Shown here in pieces: positions 62,372 through 64,000 of a stretch of 64,000 nucleotides of DNA (positions within the stretch are counted from its first letter, which is position 1; every line of letters begins with the position of its first letter). The notes under the pieces were generated by a model. It was not told the DNA's origin and ran no database searches. It worked only from the letters and a program-made list of their open reading frames with translations. Made by a program: the position numbers and the translations under genes. The stretch comes from an uncultured Candidatus Peribacteria bacterium (GTDB taxonomy: Bacteria; Patescibacteriota; Gracilibacteria; UBA4473), in assembly GCA_964509975.1 (NCBI GenBank), contig CAZDZO010000002.1, forward strand, positions 10,759 to 74,758, in the 5' to 3' direction.

Positions 62372-63010
62372 ATGAAAACTATTTCTCCTCAAACGTTTCT
62401 CGAACGCGTTTCCTCACACTATGAGGGAGAAATTTGTCATTTGCGATGGGACGAGAAACGTCCATGGACACTGCTTTTTGCGGTAATTCTTTCTGCACAG
62501 TGCACTGATAAGCGAGTGAACATCGTGACAAAAACATTGTTTAAAGATTTTTCAGACCTAGAGAGTTATGTCGCCCGTCCTGTGGAAGAATTAGAGCAGG
62601 TAATAAAATCGACAGGATTCTTTCGCAGCAAAGCCAAGAGTTTATCCGGCTGTGCACAAACAATATTACTCGAGCACGGAGGAATCGTCCCCGATACCAT
62701 GGAGGAGCTGGTAAAATTACCAGGCGTGGGGAGAAAAACAGCGAATGTCATCCTTTGGAATCTTTTCAAAAAAAACATCGGATTCGTAGTCGATACCCAT
62801 GTAGGACGCATCGCACGGAGAACAGGACTCACGAAGAAGAATGACCCCGTAAAGGTCGAACAAGATCTCATGAAACTCATTCCCAAGCAGTACTGGGGCG
62901 AACTCTCACACATGCTCGTACAATTCGGACGAGATTACTGCAAAGCTCCCAAGCCAAAGTGCTCAGAGTGTTTTCTCAATGATGTATGTCCTAAAAAAGG
63001 CGTGACGTAA
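62372..63010 (+). CDS. nth: endonuclease III
   Basis: HhH-GPD motif (LVKLPGVGRKTANVIL) and the 4Fe-4S cluster loop C-x6-C-x2-C-x5-C (CKAPKPKCSECFLNDVC). Confidence 0.9.
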   Translation: MKTISPQTFLERVSSHYEGEICHLRWDEKRPWTLLFAVILSAQCTDKRVNIVTKTLFKDFSDLESYVARPVEELEQVIKSTGFFRSKAKSLSGCAQTILLEHGGIVPDTMEELVKLPGVGRKTANVILWNLFKKNIGFVVDTHVGRIARRTGLTKKNDPVKVEQDLMKLIPKQYWGELSHMLVQFGRDYCKAPKPKCSECFLNDVCPKKGVT

Positions 63011-63349
63011 TTACTCTTCCAGTGTCTTATTCACTCGAACATTATTCATAGCTTTTAGAAGATCTGATCTTTTCGTCTCTTCGCTTATTCCCACTGCCCA
63101 AGAAATTTGTTTTGCTATATTTATTAAAAGCGGTGTTATCCCCTGAGCTGTTAATTTTTCATCACTCAAAATCTGACACATCGCTTTCCCTATTTTCACA
63201 TTGTCTCTCATAAATCCAAAAATCACATCTGCATTAGAACTCCATACACCTTCACCCTTTGTTGCTTTTGCAAAATCCGACACTTTTTTTAACGCTTCAT
63301 CAAGCGTTAGCTCCTTTTCTGATTCCGACCCTGTTTCCATTTTATTCAT
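63011..63349 (-). CDS. hypothetical protein (112 aa)
   Basis: ATG-initiated ORF whose stop abuts the nth stop. No family recognised. Confidence 0.45.
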   Translation of the reverse strand: MNKMETGSESEKELTLDEALKKVSDFAKATKGEGVWSSNADVIFGFMRDNVKIGKAMCQILSDEKLTAQGITPLLINIAKQISWAVGISEETKRSDLLKAMNNVRVNKTLEE

Positions 63350-63379
63350 ATTTTTATATTAAATAATAGATAAATATTG

Positions 63380-63679
63380 TCAACTCTTTCTCACAATCCG
63401 AATATCCTCGATCTTCTGAGGAAATTCGTGCTCTGAGAAAAGCTCAATCATTTCATGTGTCCGAAGAAAAAGATCCGAACTCGCAGAGGAACTTTCTGTT
63501 TGAATAAAGAGCACCCCATCTTCAAATTTCATCGGCTGCCATTGATTTGACAAGTTCTCATACCGTTCATTAAATATCTTTCGAACACGCTCACACACCA
63601 AAGAAGCTTTTGCCTGTCTATGCAAATTATATTTCTGCGTGGCAATGAATAAAAAATCTTCGGCTTTCTGAAATGTCAT
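63380..63679 (-). CDS. DUF721/DciA-like protein
   Basis: The pattern ..W......P.KFEDGVLFIQTESSSASSDLFLRTHEMI..F resembles DUF721 (DciA). ATG at 63679. Confidence 0.45.
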   Translation of the reverse strand: MTFQKAEDFLFIATQKYNLHRQAKASLVCERVRKIFNERYENLSNQWQPMKFEDGVLFIQTESSSASSDLFLRTHEMIELFSEHEFPQKIEDIRIVRKS

Positions 63680-63720
63680 GTGAATTGAAAGTAATATTTT
63701 ATAAGAAAATTTCAACCTTT

Positions 63721-63753
63721 TCTCCCTCTAGCAGGGGGAGTTTAGAGGGGGTG
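63721..63753. repeat. short palindromic repeat (intergenic copy of the element found in the GT4 gene)
   Basis: tctccctctagcagggggagtttagagggggtgg. Alternative stems are ctccc/gggag and ccctcta/tagaggg. Confidence 0.55.
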
Positions 63754-63775
63754 GAAATAACAATACCCCACCTAG

Positions 63776-63794
63776 CCTCCCCTGCAAGGGGAGG
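63776..63794 (-). terminator. stem-loop immediately downstream of the maf stop
   Basis: cctcccct-gca-aggggagg, an 8-bp stem 2 nt from the maf stop codon (63797-63799). No clean U-tract on the minus strand. Confidence 0.4.
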
Positions 63795-63796
63795 AA

Positions 63797-64000
63797 TTAT
63801 TTTTCAAAAACCTTCACAGGCGCCTTCCCTGTCAGTTCTCGAACTACCTCTCCCAACCTGATAACCGGAATCCCAAGGACATTTTGATAATCTCCTTTGA
63901 TACCCTCAAGAAGGAATGCGCCTATCCCTTCAATAGTAATTCCTCCAGCTTTTCCCTGCCACTGATCGAATTCGAGGAAGGAACGGATTTGGCAGTTCGT
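63797..64000 (-). CDS. maf: Maf-like nucleoside triphosphate pyrophosphatase, C-terminal 67 aa (5' end beyond the window)
   Basis: The minus-strand frame is open to the window edge and reads ..QGKAGGITIEGIGAFLLEGIKGDYQNVLGIPVIRLGEVVREL..*, matching the Maf C-terminal signature. Not in the ORF track because no start codon lies in the window. Confidence 0.75.
   Translation of the reverse strand, partial: TNCQIRSFLEFDQWQGKAGGITIEGIGAFLLEGIKGDYQNVLGIPVIRLGEVVRELTGKAPVKVFEK

Noticed and set aside
62371-62374. Divergent overlapping start codons (CATG) for the M23 peptidase and nth genes
   Set aside because: The M23 ORF's first Met precedes a non-signal-like 11 aa. The ATG at 62340 gives a canonical signal peptide and is preceded by a -10 box, so the overlap is probably an ORF-calling artefact.

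Overview
AT-rich window (about 40% GC by eye, not computed), densely coding with the standard genetic code. Gene content suggests a small-genome, CPR/Patescibacteria-like bacterium; this is inference only. Recognisable housekeeping genes are rplA (5' partial), trxA, a CPA2/Kef antiporter, galU, dnaE, pilT, secA, tRNA-His, mltG, ybaB, gyrB, purC, trmD, a class-1 DHOD-like gene, an M23 peptidase, nth, a DciA-like gene and maf (partial). Envelope and glycan genes include two sugar nucleotidyltransferases, a GT4 glycosyltransferase, a pyruvyl transferase, a truncated phosphoglycosyl transferase and two tandem type IV pilin paralogs. A Phd/RelE-type toxin-antitoxin pair is fused onto the trmD start. 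The standout is a 22.4-kb same-strand cluster (6404-28799, about 35% of the window). It encodes a 3,828-aa secreted mosaic protein, a 1,852-aa signal-less coiled-coil protein, a 708-aa polytopic membrane protein, an 817-aa membrane protein and a small 2-TM protein. None shows an ATPase, nuclease or other catalytic motif that I can recognise, and sugar-activating genes bracket the cluster. I read it as a candidate uncharacterised envelope or surface apparatus. Intergenic DNA holds several short palindromic repeat families, one apparently inserted in frame in the GT4 gene. It also holds a triplicated tRNA-His 3' end, a 1.6-kb two-gene segment flanked by 22-nt direct repeats, and many TGnTATAAT -10 boxes. 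Several of these boxes abut start codons, which implies leaderless mRNAs. No rRNA, CRISPR array, transposase or integrase was seen.
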